A DNA stretch of 63,782 nucleotides, filler included, from Nemertoderma westbladi (taxonomy: Eukaryota; Animalia; Xenacoelomorpha), in the NCBI GenBank assembly GCA_032718475.1. It is 3 parts of 3 records of this genome, joined end to end, with 100 filler letters (N's around TTAATTAATTAA, not from the genome) between each part and the next. Parts side by side here need not be neighbours in the genome. Positions count along the whole stretch, not along the records: positions 1 to 28,360 come from JAUCBJ010008817.1; positions 28,461 to 57,259 come from JAUCBJ010002836.1; 1 more part is not named here. One strand, 5' to 3'. The translations under genes were made by a program, and so were the position numbers. Shown here one piece after another: positions 27,037 through 41,086 of this stretch (positions are counted from its first letter, which is position 1; each line of letters begins with the position of its first letter). The notes under the pieces were generated by a model. The model made no database searches. It saw only the letters and a program-made list of their open reading frames with translations, and was not told the origin of the DNA.

Positions 27037-28360
27037 TCAAGTGAATTTGAAATTTTCGAGTGACTATTTTTAAACATCAATAACTTCGGTTCTACAGGGC
27101 CGTTTGATCTGAAACTTTTTTCATTGGATAGAGGATAGATTGTAGTGTGTGAAATAGGAAACAACTTGGGAAAAGACTTATGTGCACTTTGTGCAAAATG
27201 CACTTAAATAGTGAACATTTTTTCGATATTTCAAACACTATTATTTCCAGTTCTATTCATCGTAGAATGTTATTTTTTGGATTAAAATGTAGTTTGGAAT
27301 GATTTCTAACTATAATCGTAACATTTGTTTAACTTTTTATGTCTATAAAGTGACTTAAAATGTCCATGAATATGGTCCAAAATCGCAAATATCGAGATTT
27401 ATTAAATTGGATTTTTGACACTTTTAGCGACTGACACTTGATCATATACCATCGTAGATCGGTAGAGGATAAACATAAGTTTGTTAAATAAGAGCCACCA
27501 TTACGATCTGCTAAAGTGCACTTGTACAAATAAGTGTGCAAAAGTGCAAATTTTTAAATAAGGTCAAATTATATAGTATTGGGTTCTTTTCTTTGCAGAT
27601 ACTTTATTTTCATATTAATATGTTGTTTGAACCTTACTGAGCGCATTAGGGGATATGCGTACAAATAACCGGCCCTTATGAGGCTTCGATTGGGTAAATT
27701 AATAAAACATAAGGGGCTCAAAATCACAAAAAGTGGCCAAAAAAATTATTTTTTTTGTAAAAAAAAAAAGTTTCCCAAAGTATGTAATATTATATATCAC
27801 CAGAAAGCTCTTGATGCGCTGAATTCAATGGTGGTAATTTCCCAATAGCCCCGACCTCATGGTAACAAATAATTGAGAAAAACAGATGTCCATTCCTGTA
27901 ACGCTTGTCCCACAATGTAACGCCCGATATCAGCCAATCAGAGCCCTTGAATGGTGATTTCCGATGCCTGTAACAATTTGTCCCACCATGTAACACCAGT
28001 TGTAATTACACTGAAATGTTAAATTAACCTAGATTTCGTCTCTGAGTGGGAGCTATGCAGCCATTCATGATCCCAGTAACAGCATCCCAATAAAGCTTAT
28101 TTGAAAATAAAATCAATCATAATAAATCTTTATGGTCCCCATTTCTGGAAAAATTATAAAATATTATAGTTTATCAAATAAACATAAAGAGTTTATTAAA
28201 ACATTTTAACCACTTTTAGGTACTTTAGTGACGATTTATATGAAAATTCACAAAAGTATGACGAGTTTATTACCGAGTTTATAACTGTATATCACTATGG
28301 CTGAGCAGTTAGTCAAAGCCTATAAATTGTTCATCAGTTTCATCTCCACCCTCCACAGAA

Positions 28361-28460
28361 NNNNNNNNNNNNNNNNNNNNNNNNNNNNNNNNNNNNNNNN
28401 NNNNTTAATTAATTAANNNNNNNNNNNNNNNNNNNNNNNNNNNNNNNNNNNNNNNNNNNN
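28361..28460. other. Assembly gap (N44-TTAATTAATTAA-N44 linker)
   Basis: 100-bp N run with an artificial six-frame stop linker. Confidence 0.97.
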
Positions 28461-31400
28461 AGCTTCTCGTTCAGATGGATAGAGAAGTTGACATAAGTTC
28501 ACTTGGTTTTGCCAAGCCTCGTTTTCCTTAAGGAGATCGATGGTATTCTCCTCATCAAAAAGCTGGTGAACGTCGTCATTATCTGAGGAGTATGGAATTC
28601 CCTCAGTTGAGTTGTCTCCCTCACTGGTATCATCTTCCCATTCACTAACCTGGCATACGCTCTCTGGCGGTAGTCTTTCTCTGAGTGTTCTACGGGAAGG
28701 GCCAGTAAAGTACCAACCTACTCTAGTTCTTACCGCATAGGTCTGTAGGGGCTGCGGTTGAGCAGGCCGTTTCTCTAATGTCTCCAGCGCCTCATGCGCG
28801 TTTTGGCCGATGAGTATTTGCACTCCAGGATAATCAGTCTGGAATCGAGGTATGTTAAGATGTTGGATGCTCTCATCCTCGTCCCAATTATAAAGGTCTG
28901 CTTGAGTAGTAGCGAAGTTCTTTATAGCCACCATTTTCACTGACCTTATGCTGTGTTCTCCTAGTTCGTCCTGGGGGGTGGACAACGCTCCTACATAATA
29001 ATCAGCTGTTATTGTAGATTTCCAAACTTGCATAATGCCTGACATGTTGAGCTTAGTTTGGAACTTGGGTTGTCCAGCAAATATATCTTCGGCTAGCTCT
29101 TTATCGATGAATGTTCCTGTACTACCGGAGTCAAGGAGGGCGTTCACTACATAACTCCTCTCAGGTCCGTGAACCCTTACTTGCACCACAGGAAACTCTC
29201 GGATCCCTACATTGGAAGATGACTCTTTCCAAGATGGTTGTCGCTCAGAAGTAGTTAGAGTAAAGTCGTTATCTGTATCTTTTTCATATGTGAGTGCTCG
29301 ATACACTGCGGTATTTATCATGTAACAGGATTCGTTTTCGTTGGAGAACTCGTCTGTATAGAATCCTTCCATCTCAGATTGATCAGTGTCGTTCACATCA
29401 CTGAATTGGACATGTAACTCGGAATCACTCACCTGATTCGGACTATTTCGATCGAATTCAGCGTGCAACAAGATATGATGTTTCGCACCACACTTTGCAC
29501 ACCTTATGTCAGAGAAACAGGTTCGCCGTTGGTGTCCTTGTCTGAGGCAATTATAACATAACCGCTTATCCCACATGACTTCGCGTCTCTCCGTTAATGA
29601 TTTCTTTAGAAATTCATCACACTTATTCAAATGGTGGGTCCCGTCGCACAGCGCACATTTCGGTTTGATGTTACTTACCTTATTTTGAGTCACATTGTGT
29701 ACACTTGCCTTTTCTTCGGGTTTTCTCACCTGAATTCTCTTGGGAGACGTGGGAGGAGTTTTTCTTACCTGTTCCCTCCTGTCATTTGTTCGAGACTTGA
29801 ATTTACTTACCTGATCTTTAGGCATTTTATTCACGTAATAAGATCTATCCGTGTCCTTCCCGCTATCTTCTCCTTGAGAAGTCTGGCTTTCGCCGTCATC
29901 GGTATAACATACTGGTGTTACCTTTCTCCTAGAGACGGGTTTTTCACTTACCTTGTTTTCCGGTGTCTTCTCTCTGGACAGTTTCAGGAGCTGTAATTTC
30001 ACTTCTCCATCTAGGAATGACATGAGATCAGCCATGGTAGGGTCTCGTCGTTGTTGTTCCATCATATATAACACTTTCTTATCCCAGCGTGTACCTACTC
30101 CACCTTTCGGTAAAGTAGAAGCCACTGCTCTAATAACCATAGTGTTCTGATACTCATGAGACTTACCTAGCCAATCTAATTGTCTGCAGATCTCCTGGAT
30201 CTCATCGGAAAACTCGATAATTCCACTACTAATAAACTTTCGGGGCGCTACTAACTTTGCATATAAGTACCCAGCGATATTATTCCTATTACCATACCTG
30301 ATGTTTAGTGTATCCCAAACTTGTCTTAATCCGTCTGGATGTCCAATAAACTTTAACGCCATTAACTTGGGAGATCCTTCCAAGCACTCGATGAGGTATC
30401 TAAGTTTTTCTCCATTAGATAGTACAGAGTTCTGTATGTTATCTTTGTAATATTCATTAAAAGGTAACCATTTCATCTCATCTCCATTGAACTTGACGAT
30501 CTCTCCCACCTTTACCGCTTGCCGGGCTTCGGTTCTAGCCATTTGACGCGTAAAACTTTCTTGGGCCATCGTGTTATTTAATATCGAGTTATCGGTATAT
30601 AAATTTCTCGGATTATGATCAGTTCTATAGGGAATATCATTATCAACAGGTCTATAAGTACCCTTAATAGGGTTCACTATAGGAGTTTCTACTTCGCTAG
30701 CAGTATATATGCGTGTAGGCTCCACGCCTTGCGCATGAGATACTTCAGACCTAACAGGTTGACACATTGTTACAGAGGGTGGTGGTATACCTCTTTGAGT
30801 ATTTACTAATTTATCGCGTTCTAACGCGATACTTTGCTGCACTTCTTGCAACTCTAGCCTACTTTCCCTTACTGTGCCCTTGAACTGCTGGACAGTCTCC
30901 TGCATCTGTCCGAGCAGGATATCCATCCCCCGCCGTCCCTCGTCCACCCATTCGACCGCCGAAGCGGGAGTCGCCAACGTTGTAGCGGGCGGACGATGGA
31001 CAACGGGCGACAAATTATGAATATTTCGCTCGGGACCCAGGACCTGAACTGTCTCTGGGGCAGTTCTACGGGGCACAGGTAGCTTAGTGCTATGCAGAGG
31101 GAATTTAGAGGTAACTTCAGGGAGCACAGGGGTGTCTATCACCGAAGGGGTGATTTCGAGAACAGGCCTAATTATTTCAGGCTCATCTACTATAGTAGGG
31201 AGTCTTTCTATTTTAATTATTTGGTCTGTGGGTTCTGTACTGCCTAAGTTGGTGCTATTTAGTTGCCTTCTAACAGCTGGAGGCAAATCAGGCAATTTCT
31301 GACGGTGGAATGTTCTTTTACGTCTGCTTAGACGAGATCTATTTCCTTTGCCTTCAGTATCGGTGGTATCGCCTTCCTCAGATGATGTATATCCCTGCCT

Positions 31401-32921
31401 TTTGGGAGTAGATCGATTCATCATCTGCATATTACTAGCTGTTAACTGTTTATTTATGCAGTCTTGATTCTCCTGAATGTTTTCTAATTCTAATTGGGTG
31501 GTTTCTTCAGTCGCTCTCCGTTCTGCTTCTGCCACTGCCTCTGCCGCCTTTCTTTCAGCTTCGGCCGCTTTTGCTTCTGCCGCTGCCTCTGCCGCCTTTG
31601 CCTCTGCCGCTGCCTCTGCCGCCTTTGCCTCTGCCGCTGCCACTTTTGCCTCTGCCTCTGCCGCTGCCTCTGCCGCCTTTGCCTCTGCCGCTGCCTCTGC
31701 CGCTGCCGCTTTTCTTTCTGCTTCTGCAGCTACCACTGCTGCTTTCTTTCTGTCTTCTATACGTTTTTTCTTTACTTGTTCTTCTTGGACTCGTGTCAGG
31801 CGGAGTTGTTCATCAAATTTAGCCTGATTCGCAGCCCTCATTTCCACATCGATGGCATCCAACACAAGCTTGGTTCCTTCACTATTAGGGCTAAGTCCCT
31901 CTAACCTTCTCCTCAACTCGTCATTACCTAAAAAACGTTGATAGTCTGACAGATAGATGTCAATGGCATCCCTCTTATGCGGTTTCTCTGCCGTCGCTTC
32001 ACTTTCCACTTGGGAAAAAGTAGCGTCTGTTGATTCTCCATGGGTTGAGCGCTCCTCCAACTGAGCTTTCCACTGAGCTGCTCCTTGAACCTGGCGACTC
32101 ACCCGTTGAAACCAAGTCTTTACGGCAACTTGCAACGAAGTGTCTTGCCTTCTTTTAGAAGCCTCCTCAAAGGCCGATAAGATTAGCCTGATTCGTAGAA
32201 TTCTTTCCCTAACTTGATAAAGCAGCGATCCCTGCTCTTGAGGTCCTTGAGGTTGTTGAAACAGTTGTTCTTTTACTCGCTCCATAGAGCTGAAGAATCC
32301 CTGTGCGTATCCGGCTGCGGACCTCTTCCACACAGCTGGATCGATGGTTTCCTTGGCTACTCCCATCCGGTGTATGTCTTCCCAGGCAGCTTCTGATAAA
32401 TCAAACGGGAGTCCGGGTCCGGGAAAGTTCCATTGCGACTCGACAATAGACTTCAGTTCTTCACTCGTGTATCCCGCGTAACTATCCCTAGTTGACCGTT
32501 GACTTCTCGCCCAATCGATCTGGTGTTCTTCCACCGCGATCAATAACCTAGTGAGTACGGCTGCAGGAAGGATGAGAAGGGGATCCGTATAAACCGCATC
32601 CATCATCTCTGCTCCGCGCTCGGGTGTCAGCTCTACAGTATCCTCACTACTGGAGCTGCTGGGCCGCTGAGGAATAAGTTCTTGACTCGCGGGTTGTTGC
32701 TGTTCCGCTGCTTCTTGGTCCCGCTTGACTTGAGCTCGGGTGCCTATGATAGACCTACGATGTTGGACTAGCCTAGGTTCTGTTATTACTACTGGAGGGA
32801 TGACCTTCCTCACAGTGGGAGGTGAACTGAACTTACGACCAGACGGTTGTACGTCTCTATCTGAGTCGCAGATAGTTACATCTAATAAACTGTCTGACAG
32901 GTTCTGCTTAGTATCAGACAT
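28461..32921 (-). CDS. BEL/Pao Gag-protease polyprotein, 5' part (~1487 aa, runs into the gap)
   Basis: DUF1759-type Gag (KFNGD..KWLPF...F/Y...I....LS..EKL.YL...L.G), triple BEL Zn knuckle (CALCDGTHHLNKC, CYNCLRQGHQRRTC, CAKCGAKHHILLH), aspartic protease ALLDSGS, and ILIG...AVRTRVGW (DUF1758-like). Confidence 0.92.
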
Positions 32922-34252
32922 GACTAAGTATACCGTTGAATGTCTACCGCTGTATTACAGTCTGAGCAAGTCTAGTAACTCAGTATTAACTGCTAGCCTA
33001 GTAATTAATTACCGGTACTGCTACTCAGTGTAGCTTGATATATAATATATTAGAATACCGATATGCTTATAGTATATATAACTATTATTACAGACTAGGT
33101 TTATCACTGAATACCGGTATAATTTTAGCACAAATATATATAAATATATAATAGGCCTATCGTGGATACCGGTATGCAGTTTACACTTATAGTGTATATA
33201 TATAAGTATAATTACAGACTAGAATTAATTACAGAATACCGGTATGATTTCAACCTAAAATTTATAGAAATAAATATAATAAGCCTATTGTAAATACCGG
33301 TATGTCAATTATTTTAGAATAATTGAATTTCTGAACTTTAGGGTTACTTGGTTACTTTAACTTACTTTATTACCGTTATTTAAGCAGTAGTCCAACTGAT
33401 ATTGAGACCTAATTGTTATATGGTAGGCCTACTATTTATAAATCGTTAGATTTGATTTATAATATATATATACCCGTTTTAATGGGTTTAGTCAATGTTT
33501 GAAATAAATGTTATTATTTCTGGGGTAATCACTACACAAAGCGGTACGCTTTCAGTGAAGTGTTACGTACAGGACACTAAAACAAATGATTCTAATTTAC
33601 CTAAGTTACTTAATACTACAAATTACGTACAATTTGGGTGAGATTACAATCTCTAAATAAACACAAAAATTTACAAAAAACACAAAATACGAATTTTTAG
33701 GGTAATTTTACAAGAAGTCTAAAAACCAGCCTAACAAAGGGTTAGAATTCTGGTTATTACAACGGACAGGGTACTACGGTATTTGAAATAATAAGTAGTA
33801 GTAAATACACTGCGTTGTCCAGATAGAAAAATACCACCGCCTGACGACCTATAGCCGTATCGCTATAGGTTCTACGTTATGTATCACGGAGTGTTCCTAC
33901 CTAGAAGTTAATAGAGCTAATCGAACGTGCCTATCAACCACTTTACAACACAAATATAATGTCTACACTAATTACTTCGGAAAGTACTGTACACTAAACC
34001 CTAAATTAGGTACGAGTACTTGTACAACAGATAATCAGTAGTTAAATATACTTGAACAGCTAAAAGAACCACGGCATCTGCTGGAGTGACCGATGCACAA
34101 AATCACCAGTCTTTACCTACGCCAAGCAGCCCGTGTAGTACCGGGGTTAATTTAACTATAGCGGTATGTATAACAAACACAATTACTGTAGGAACAAACT
34201 TGGGGAATGAATGTTGCGGATAATCGCATAAACTCTGAATAATAAATATTAC

Positions 34253-34810
34253 GCTACGCGTACAAACTACTCAAACAAAATGCAGACCGAACACTGGCAG
34301 ACTACTATCAAGCCTAAACAAACTACGGTATATGCAGACTCCGAAATAATTAGGTAGTATGCGTTCTAACCCAGTAGTACGACTTATTCTTTAATTGGGG
34401 GTTTACCTTACAGCATTCGCTGCCCCTACTTCCTAACCGTTCTTTATCGGACAAGTGATCTACACACGCTGCAATCCGCTCAGGCCTAATAACAGCCAGA
34501 CAACTATCCAGCCTACAAATTATCTAAATAAAATTATACGCTACCCGTACAGACTTACACAAACAAAGTACAGACTAAACGATGGCAGACTACTCTCAAG
34601 CCTAAATAAACTACAGGACATGCAGACTCCGAAATGATTAGGGAGTATGCGTTCTAACCCAGTAGTACGACTTATTCTTTAGTTGGGGGTTTACCTTACA
34701 GCATTCGCTGCCCCTACTTCCTAACCGTACTTAATCGGACAGGTGATCTACACACACTGCAATTCGTTCGGACTTAACAGCAATCAGACAACAGCTCAGC
34801 CTACAAATCG
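34253..34810. repeat. ~288-bp tandem duplication in the BEL leader
   Basis: Two diverged copies sharing a near-identical core, gtatgcgttctaacccagtagtacgacttattcttta...cccctacttcctaaccgt. Confidence 0.85.
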
Positions 34811-35180
34811 TCTGTACAATCTGATCAGGTTTACACGCCTTCTGTTCAATACTGGCCTACAAATAAATAAAACTTGACAGAAATAAGTAAACCATATAAA
34901 GGAATAAGGGGTGATCAATCCCTAATCCCTTAAACAGCCTACCGGTATGCAACAATCAAATCGAATAATACTAGTGTACTTATACGGAAGTACCGGTTAG
35001 GACAGCTAGGCCTACGGACCTACAGAAGTACCGGTTCTGGCAGTTAGACCTACGGACCTACGGCAGTACCGGTTCTGGCAGTTGGGCCTACTGACCTACA
35101 GATGTACCGGTTCAGGTTTACCGGTTGACCGGTACTTTCAACTTTATTGCTTACTGCAATAAAGAAGCTATATCCTTTAA

Positions 35181-36454
35181 TGTTCGCGCTTTCAGACCTT
35201 TGGCAGTTTAACCCGCCAAATTAAGATGTCTTCTAGATATTAAATCGCTTTTTAGCCTATGACAAATATTTGATTCACTACACTAGTCGAAACCAATCTG
35301 TGCGCGATCATTCACCCGCTGGATATTCCCGGGAGATTGGGTTCGACGGTTTAATTTTATTGCTATGTAAGCCTAATGTATTATTCGACTGACAGTATTA
35401 TATAATGATAATTGATGTTAACGACATACTGACTATACTGAGTATTACTGAGATACTGAGTATTATATAATCTCTGACAATATTATTTACCTTCGGGAAT
35501 ATTAACAGTTCCTTTAGGACGTGGCGCTTTATCTATATAAACAGAGTTATGACTTAAACTACTCACAACGATATGGCTTAATTATAATTCACATATATGG
35601 CGCATTCTTTAGGAAGTGCTTCTTTAACAGACTCACTCGTACACAATGCTGCACAATACTGCACACTAATCTGCCAATCTTCACTGATTTTAGTCACATA
35701 TAAAAGGAACACAGACTGACTCATGTAGGGTCTACCAAATAACATTAGATTCACTTCAAACCACTTTAACATAAGTCACAATCGTTATTGGTAACCTTTC
35801 TCTCTTACCTTCGGTATATCAAGAATATTGGGTGTCGGGGTTATTTCTCGTTATTCCAATATAATAATTCATCAACAAATATAATGAATAACCGACAACA
35901 AATAGCAGTATACAGTATTGATTGAGCAGGTAATTTTAGCAGTTTCAGCAGTTATTAAAAGCCGTGTGTCAGCAGTGATTACGAAATTGCAGTGATTCCA
36001 TGAGTTAAAGGATATATGTCCTTAACCTACTAGTGTTGAGCTAAAAAGCAGAAAGCACAAAACACTACAAAGCCGTTCTTTCGTGGCTTTGAAAAACTCG
36101 TGACTACTGCTCTATACGAGGATACCAACTACCCTTATTCCACGAAGCTCCCGTTCAACACAGAGAAAGAGCAGTGAGATAGGAAAATTTCAGTTCAGTA
36201 GCTCTGTGATAGGTCAAAATCAAGGCTAACTCAAATTCTATTGGGAGATACAAAAACAAGGCTATGACGCAACCTTTCTAGGCTGGTTGGCCGATTAAAC
36301 AGAGCCCAGATACCTGCGTACAGCAAATCAGCCAATAAGCTGGTAGCTTGCACTATTTTTAGCTATAGATCCCTTTAGAGTATTCTAGCGACCGGGGGGG
36401 GGGGGAACTGGCCAACAAGGCAAACGAATCAGTTATCCCACAAAAGCTTTTACA
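35181..36454 (-). mobile_element. LTR copy B (5' LTR)
   Basis: Minus strand runs TGTAAAAGCTTTTGTGGG ... AAAGCGCGAACA. Homologous to copies A and C. Confidence 0.85.
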
Positions 36455-39400
36455 ATAATCAACAAAGGTACTTGGAATATCTCGATCGCGAGAAGCGCTC
36501 CTTAAATATTATTGTAATAGGAGTTCCGGAATACACCGTACTCAACGATCCTAACGGTTCAAAGGCGACGTCGGATGATGAGAAATGCATGGCGGTTCTA
36601 CGCGCTATGTCTCTTCAACATTTCAGCACGAGTTTTGTAAACAGCGAACGAATTGGTAATACTAAACCAGGTTATAACAGACCACTGAAGTTGGTTTTCA
36701 ATGACAGATCCACTGTCAATGACATTATCAATAACTCAAAATCCCTCAAAGAAGCCGGTGCAGAATATGAGAAGATATTTATCTGTACGGAAAGAAAAGT
36801 CCCGGTTATTCGAATCGCTAAAAGCAGAGAAGGCAAAACCTGAAAATCAGGGAAAGGAAATACAAATCGACTGGAAACAGAGAGGCTTACTCGTCGACGG
36901 TAAGCTTGTTGATAGATATAACCCGCGGTTTTTTTAAAAACTGAGATGGAAAACTCGCTATCTGTATTGTGCTGTAATATTAATGGAATTGGAGGTAAAT
37001 TTGAATCGAAAGTTTTTACTGACATTTTGTACGATTATGATATTATTGCGGTAACAGAACTTAAAACCCAATACCAAGTAGGACTTCCTGGTTATGTATT
37101 TACTCGCAGTTAACGAATCCCAGGAGAATCACGCCGCGGTGGAACCGGTGTATTTATCCGATCAGCTCTATGGGAGGGGGTAAGTGATATAACTGTATAT
37201 AAAGACCAAGTGTGGTTTTCATTTATTTTCGATAGGGACATTAGATACGGTGCAATATATATTACACCCTCTGACTCTCCATTTTTTACGCTCGATTCCT
37301 TTGCACATATTAGTGAACAGTGCCATTTATTTAACAAAAATGTCATATTTGGAGATTTTAATGCTAGGATGAACGATTTAAATTTATTTAGTGACAACTT
37401 GTTGAAACATGGTACCACCTTAACATACTCAGGAAATGTTGATAATAAGTTAAATGCAAACGGCTGTGAATTAAAACAGCTATGTCAACTATATAAATTA
37501 AAACCTTTGAATCATGCAATTTTAACAAGCAATAGCTTCAACGGCAGCCTCACATTTAGACAGGGCACGAACTGGGTATCCCAAGTTGATTGGGTGATCT
37601 GCTCAGCCGAGTTGTTGCAGCATTTTACATATTTAAATTTCCTACAGAATCTAGATTGCACTAATCATGCCGGTTTATCTTTTGAGTTAAAAATTAAACC
37701 CCTTGATGTGTCAAGTCTAGTAGCACGCTCATCACAATTAGGTATTTCTGTACAACCATTAATACCAAATAATAAGCCAAAACTGCACTATAACTCGATC
37801 GGCATTACTATGGTATGTATAACCATTTTTCCAATATATTAATATGACATTTTCTTTATATTTTCTGAACTCATATTATGATTTTTATTATTGATACGTG
37901 TTCTAGAACATTAGTAGATATGTTTTTTTTATGGTAGCTAGTGTTTTAGGTAGGTTTAGCTAGTAATTTCAACACTGGTTACGACATCCTACTTCCCTCC
38001 ATAAATAGTTCGTAGTACATAGTTCTTATTACTATTTGTATAGAAAATGTTCCAGAACATGTTAGCTATTCATTTATAAAAAATTATGTTCTAGAAAAAA
38101 TATTTCTTGTTCTTGAACTTTTTTTAGAAAAAATATTGTTTCTATTTAAAACGCATGGAATCGTTTTAAAACGTGCAAAACGTTAAAAATTACAATCAAT
38201 AAAAAAATTTTCCAAAATTTTTTTATTGATTTTAAACACGTTTTAGAACGATTCCATGCGTTTTAAATAAAATCCCGATTTCTTTTTAAAATGTTCTAGA
38301 ACAAAAAAATATTTGTTCTAGAACATAATTTTTTATAAATTAATATAAATAATTATAATATTAAATATTAATAATTATTAAATTATTTTTATAAATTAAT
38401 ATATAAATGTAATTTACAAAATTTGAAAAAATGGTTATACATACCATAGTAATGCCCTCAGTAATAACAAGAACCCTAACAAATCTAGCTATTCAATCGA
38501 AAACTCAAAAGAAACCACCCGTCATGCCTATTAACCGCAGTACACACGAAAGGAACTCAAATAATTGATGGAAGTGGTTAGTCAATAAAGTCGACCTGAA
38601 AACTATTTGGAATGCAATAGATTGGAATGGGTCTATTTGCTATAACTCTCAACTTATCTCAAATAAATACTCAGAAAGCCCTTCTAGTGAGCAATTCGCC
38701 GCTTATTTCAAGCAGCTGTTATCTTCTCAGGAACATGCACAATCTATCACAGATGTAATTAACAACGAAATAAAGTCAATAGAAATCTTTATTCCAATTC
38801 TAGACAGCGATCTGCTTTTTCAATCTGCTTAGCGAAATTTAAAGCTTCAAAATCGGCAGGAATAGATGGTCTACCTCCAGGAATCCTCAAATTATTAAGC
38901 GATGACTGGCTAATTGCAGTTACTTTGTGCTTTAACAATGTTTTCTCTGGTAAGGTCCCATACCCCACAGATTGGTCAACTTCCCTGATGTTTACGATTT
39001 TTAAGAAAGGAATTAAGTCACTACCAGAGAATTATCGGGGAATTTCGGTCACTCCGGCCTTGTCTAAATTGTACGACTCTGTCCTTACTGAGCGTTTTAA
39101 TTTATGGTCGAAACCGTCACAATATCAGGCAGGCGCACAGAAGGGACGAGGCTGTACTGAACAGATATTGTGTGTTCGTTTGGCAATCGATATTGCCATC
39201 AAAACAAAGCGAGAGTTATTCATTGCCTTCATCGACTACGAGAAGGCCTATGACAAAGTTGACAGGATAGTCTTACTCAGGAGATTGAAACAGATGGGTT
39301 GTGGCAGAAGGTTTCTTATGGCTTTATCAGTATCAATGCAGGAGACTATAAATGTAATAGGCAACACAACGTTTGAGAGTACGGGTGGTGTAGGACAGGG

Positions 39401-40650
39401 TAAGCCTTCCAGCTGCCCACTATTTTGTACACACATAGACCCTACAATTACAAAAATGGACCGTTTAGGAAAGGACAGTTGGCTAGAATCTCTTCATGGG
39501 ACATTATTAATGGATGACACATGTGTATTGGCTACCTCCTGAGCAAAGTTAACTGATAAACTTAATGAAATGGGAAGCGATGCGAAGGAAGCGATGAAAT
39601 TGGAATGACTTTACATTCAAAAAAGTCGAAATTTCTGACCTCATCCACTCTCGATAGCGACAGAATCCCCATCTTGATAGGGAACATCACAATCCCAATT
39701 GTATCCTAATATGTCTATTTGGGATCTTTAATATCAATTCACCCCATAGCGGTTCAAATTGATGACGAAATTAAGATGCGTATTGGTAACTGCCACAAAT
39801 TCACTTCAGTCCTCGGCAAAAACTCTGACGCTCCATTTACCGTGAAGAAGTCAGTATGGCAGGCTGCTCTCCAATCTTCGCTATTATACGGATGCGAAAC
39901 ATGGTTATGTAATAACATCAGACCAATTGTTTCAGTGTTTTACAGAACGCTTAAAAACTACTCTCAGTTCGATTAACAACACCAAATGATCTCGTCCTTA
40001 TTGAAACTGGCACTGAACATGTCAAGAGTATTATTAAGAATCGACAGTTAAAGTTCCTGAGGTCATTGTCCTCACGGCCTGGATATAAAGACAGTTATCA
40101 TAACTACATTATGAACGAAGCTACATCAGTAAACTCACCAATGGGAAAATACGCCAAAGAGCTATTAGATACGGGTCATGTCATGTCGGAACTCCAAGCT
40201 GCAAAAGATCGAACTCTTACAGCCATAACGACAAGGTGTGTGAAATATGTGACATACAACCCAACTCAGAAACCCCATGAATTATACTCTGACCCTAATG
40301 TACCCGAGTGGGAGAGAATCTCATTTTCAAGGATCAGATTGAGTTCCCATCGGCTACCAATGGAGATACTCCGATGGTCTCGGATTCCGAGAGAGAATCG
40401 TAAATGCTTATGTGGTTCTACCCAATCAGATCATCACATATTCTTTGTCTGCCCACTAACCGAAAGTATTCGCTTGGATTTCGACTTTCCACCACCATTG
40501 TCATCCCTATCCAGAGTATTTGATAACCTCGGAACCCGATCCGCATCAATGTGCCATAAAATTATTTAAGTATTAGAGCCCGCACAAGTATAAATTAATA
40601 ACAAGGAAGGGATTAAAATAACCGTAAATTAATAATAAATCAAATAATTA
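36455..40650 (+). mobile_element. Decayed non-LTR retrotransposon (RTE-X/Proto2-like): ORF1 C-terminus, APE endonuclease, RT, C-terminal CCHC
   Basis: ORF1 (KRSLNIIVIGVPE...RPLKLVF). ORF2 from ATG 36946 (CNING, IIAVTE, GDFNAR, SQVDW). RT (KKG...NYRGIS, QAG, FIDYEKAYD, QG, LLMDD). RIRLSSHRL..E..RW..CLC..HH....C. Many stops and frameshifts. The clade call is tentative. Confidence 0.85.
37801..38456. mobile_element. MITE inserted in LINE ORF2
   Basis: Perfect 30-bp TIR ggcattactatggtatgtataaccattttt and an internal long imperfect inverted repeat (~38070-38340). No clean TSD. Confidence 0.8.
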
Positions 40651-41086
40651 AGTATACATCTCATTAAGTATAGCCCATTTCACGAACACGAACAAAAACG
40701 AGCATTATGTACATATATTGCTTTTTTTTCAGCATTTTTGCATTACGAAGCGGCGTATAATTGGACTTAATTTTAAGTGTGTATTGGTGGAGGGTATTAT
40801 TGCATTTAACGTATGTAGCCAAAGTATCAATGTGTGTGTCTCTATTGGTGAAGGGTTTGAATTACATGCAAGTTTCCATCTCAAAAATTATGTCAATAAA
40901 CAACTAACTAACTACCTTGTTGCTATGTAAAAGCAATATTGCTAAGGGAGACAGGGGGGGAATTGGAGGCAAATCGCGTCTTGGTGAATTAATATCACGC
41001 CTCAATGTTAAATTCTAAATTCAGGAAAAGGAGCAGGTCACAGTGCCGCGTTATTTTAACCAAAACAATAAACTAAACACAATATA

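Larger units (their letters stand above)
28461..36454 (-). mobile_element. 5' half of a large BEL/Pao LTR retrotransposon (5' LTR, ~2.2-kb leader, gag-protease), cut by the gap
   Basis: LTR 35181-36454 followed by an uninterrupted gag-pro ORF. The right flank is LINE ORF1 coding sequence, so the element is nested in the LINE. Confidence 0.9.

Noticed and set aside
25524-28340. Upstream CHAF1A exons or another gene
   Set aside because: No recognisable coding motifs. It looks like a non-autonomous repeat, but I could not define its termini.
28405-28416. TTAATTAATTAA palindrome in both gaps
   Set aside because: Artificial scaffold linker. Adjacency across the gaps is not guaranteed, and ORF ends containing X are artefacts.
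33841-33875. CTGACGA followed by a 9-bp hairpin as a hammerhead
   Set aside because: The hairpin is not followed by GAAA, so the catalytic core is incomplete.
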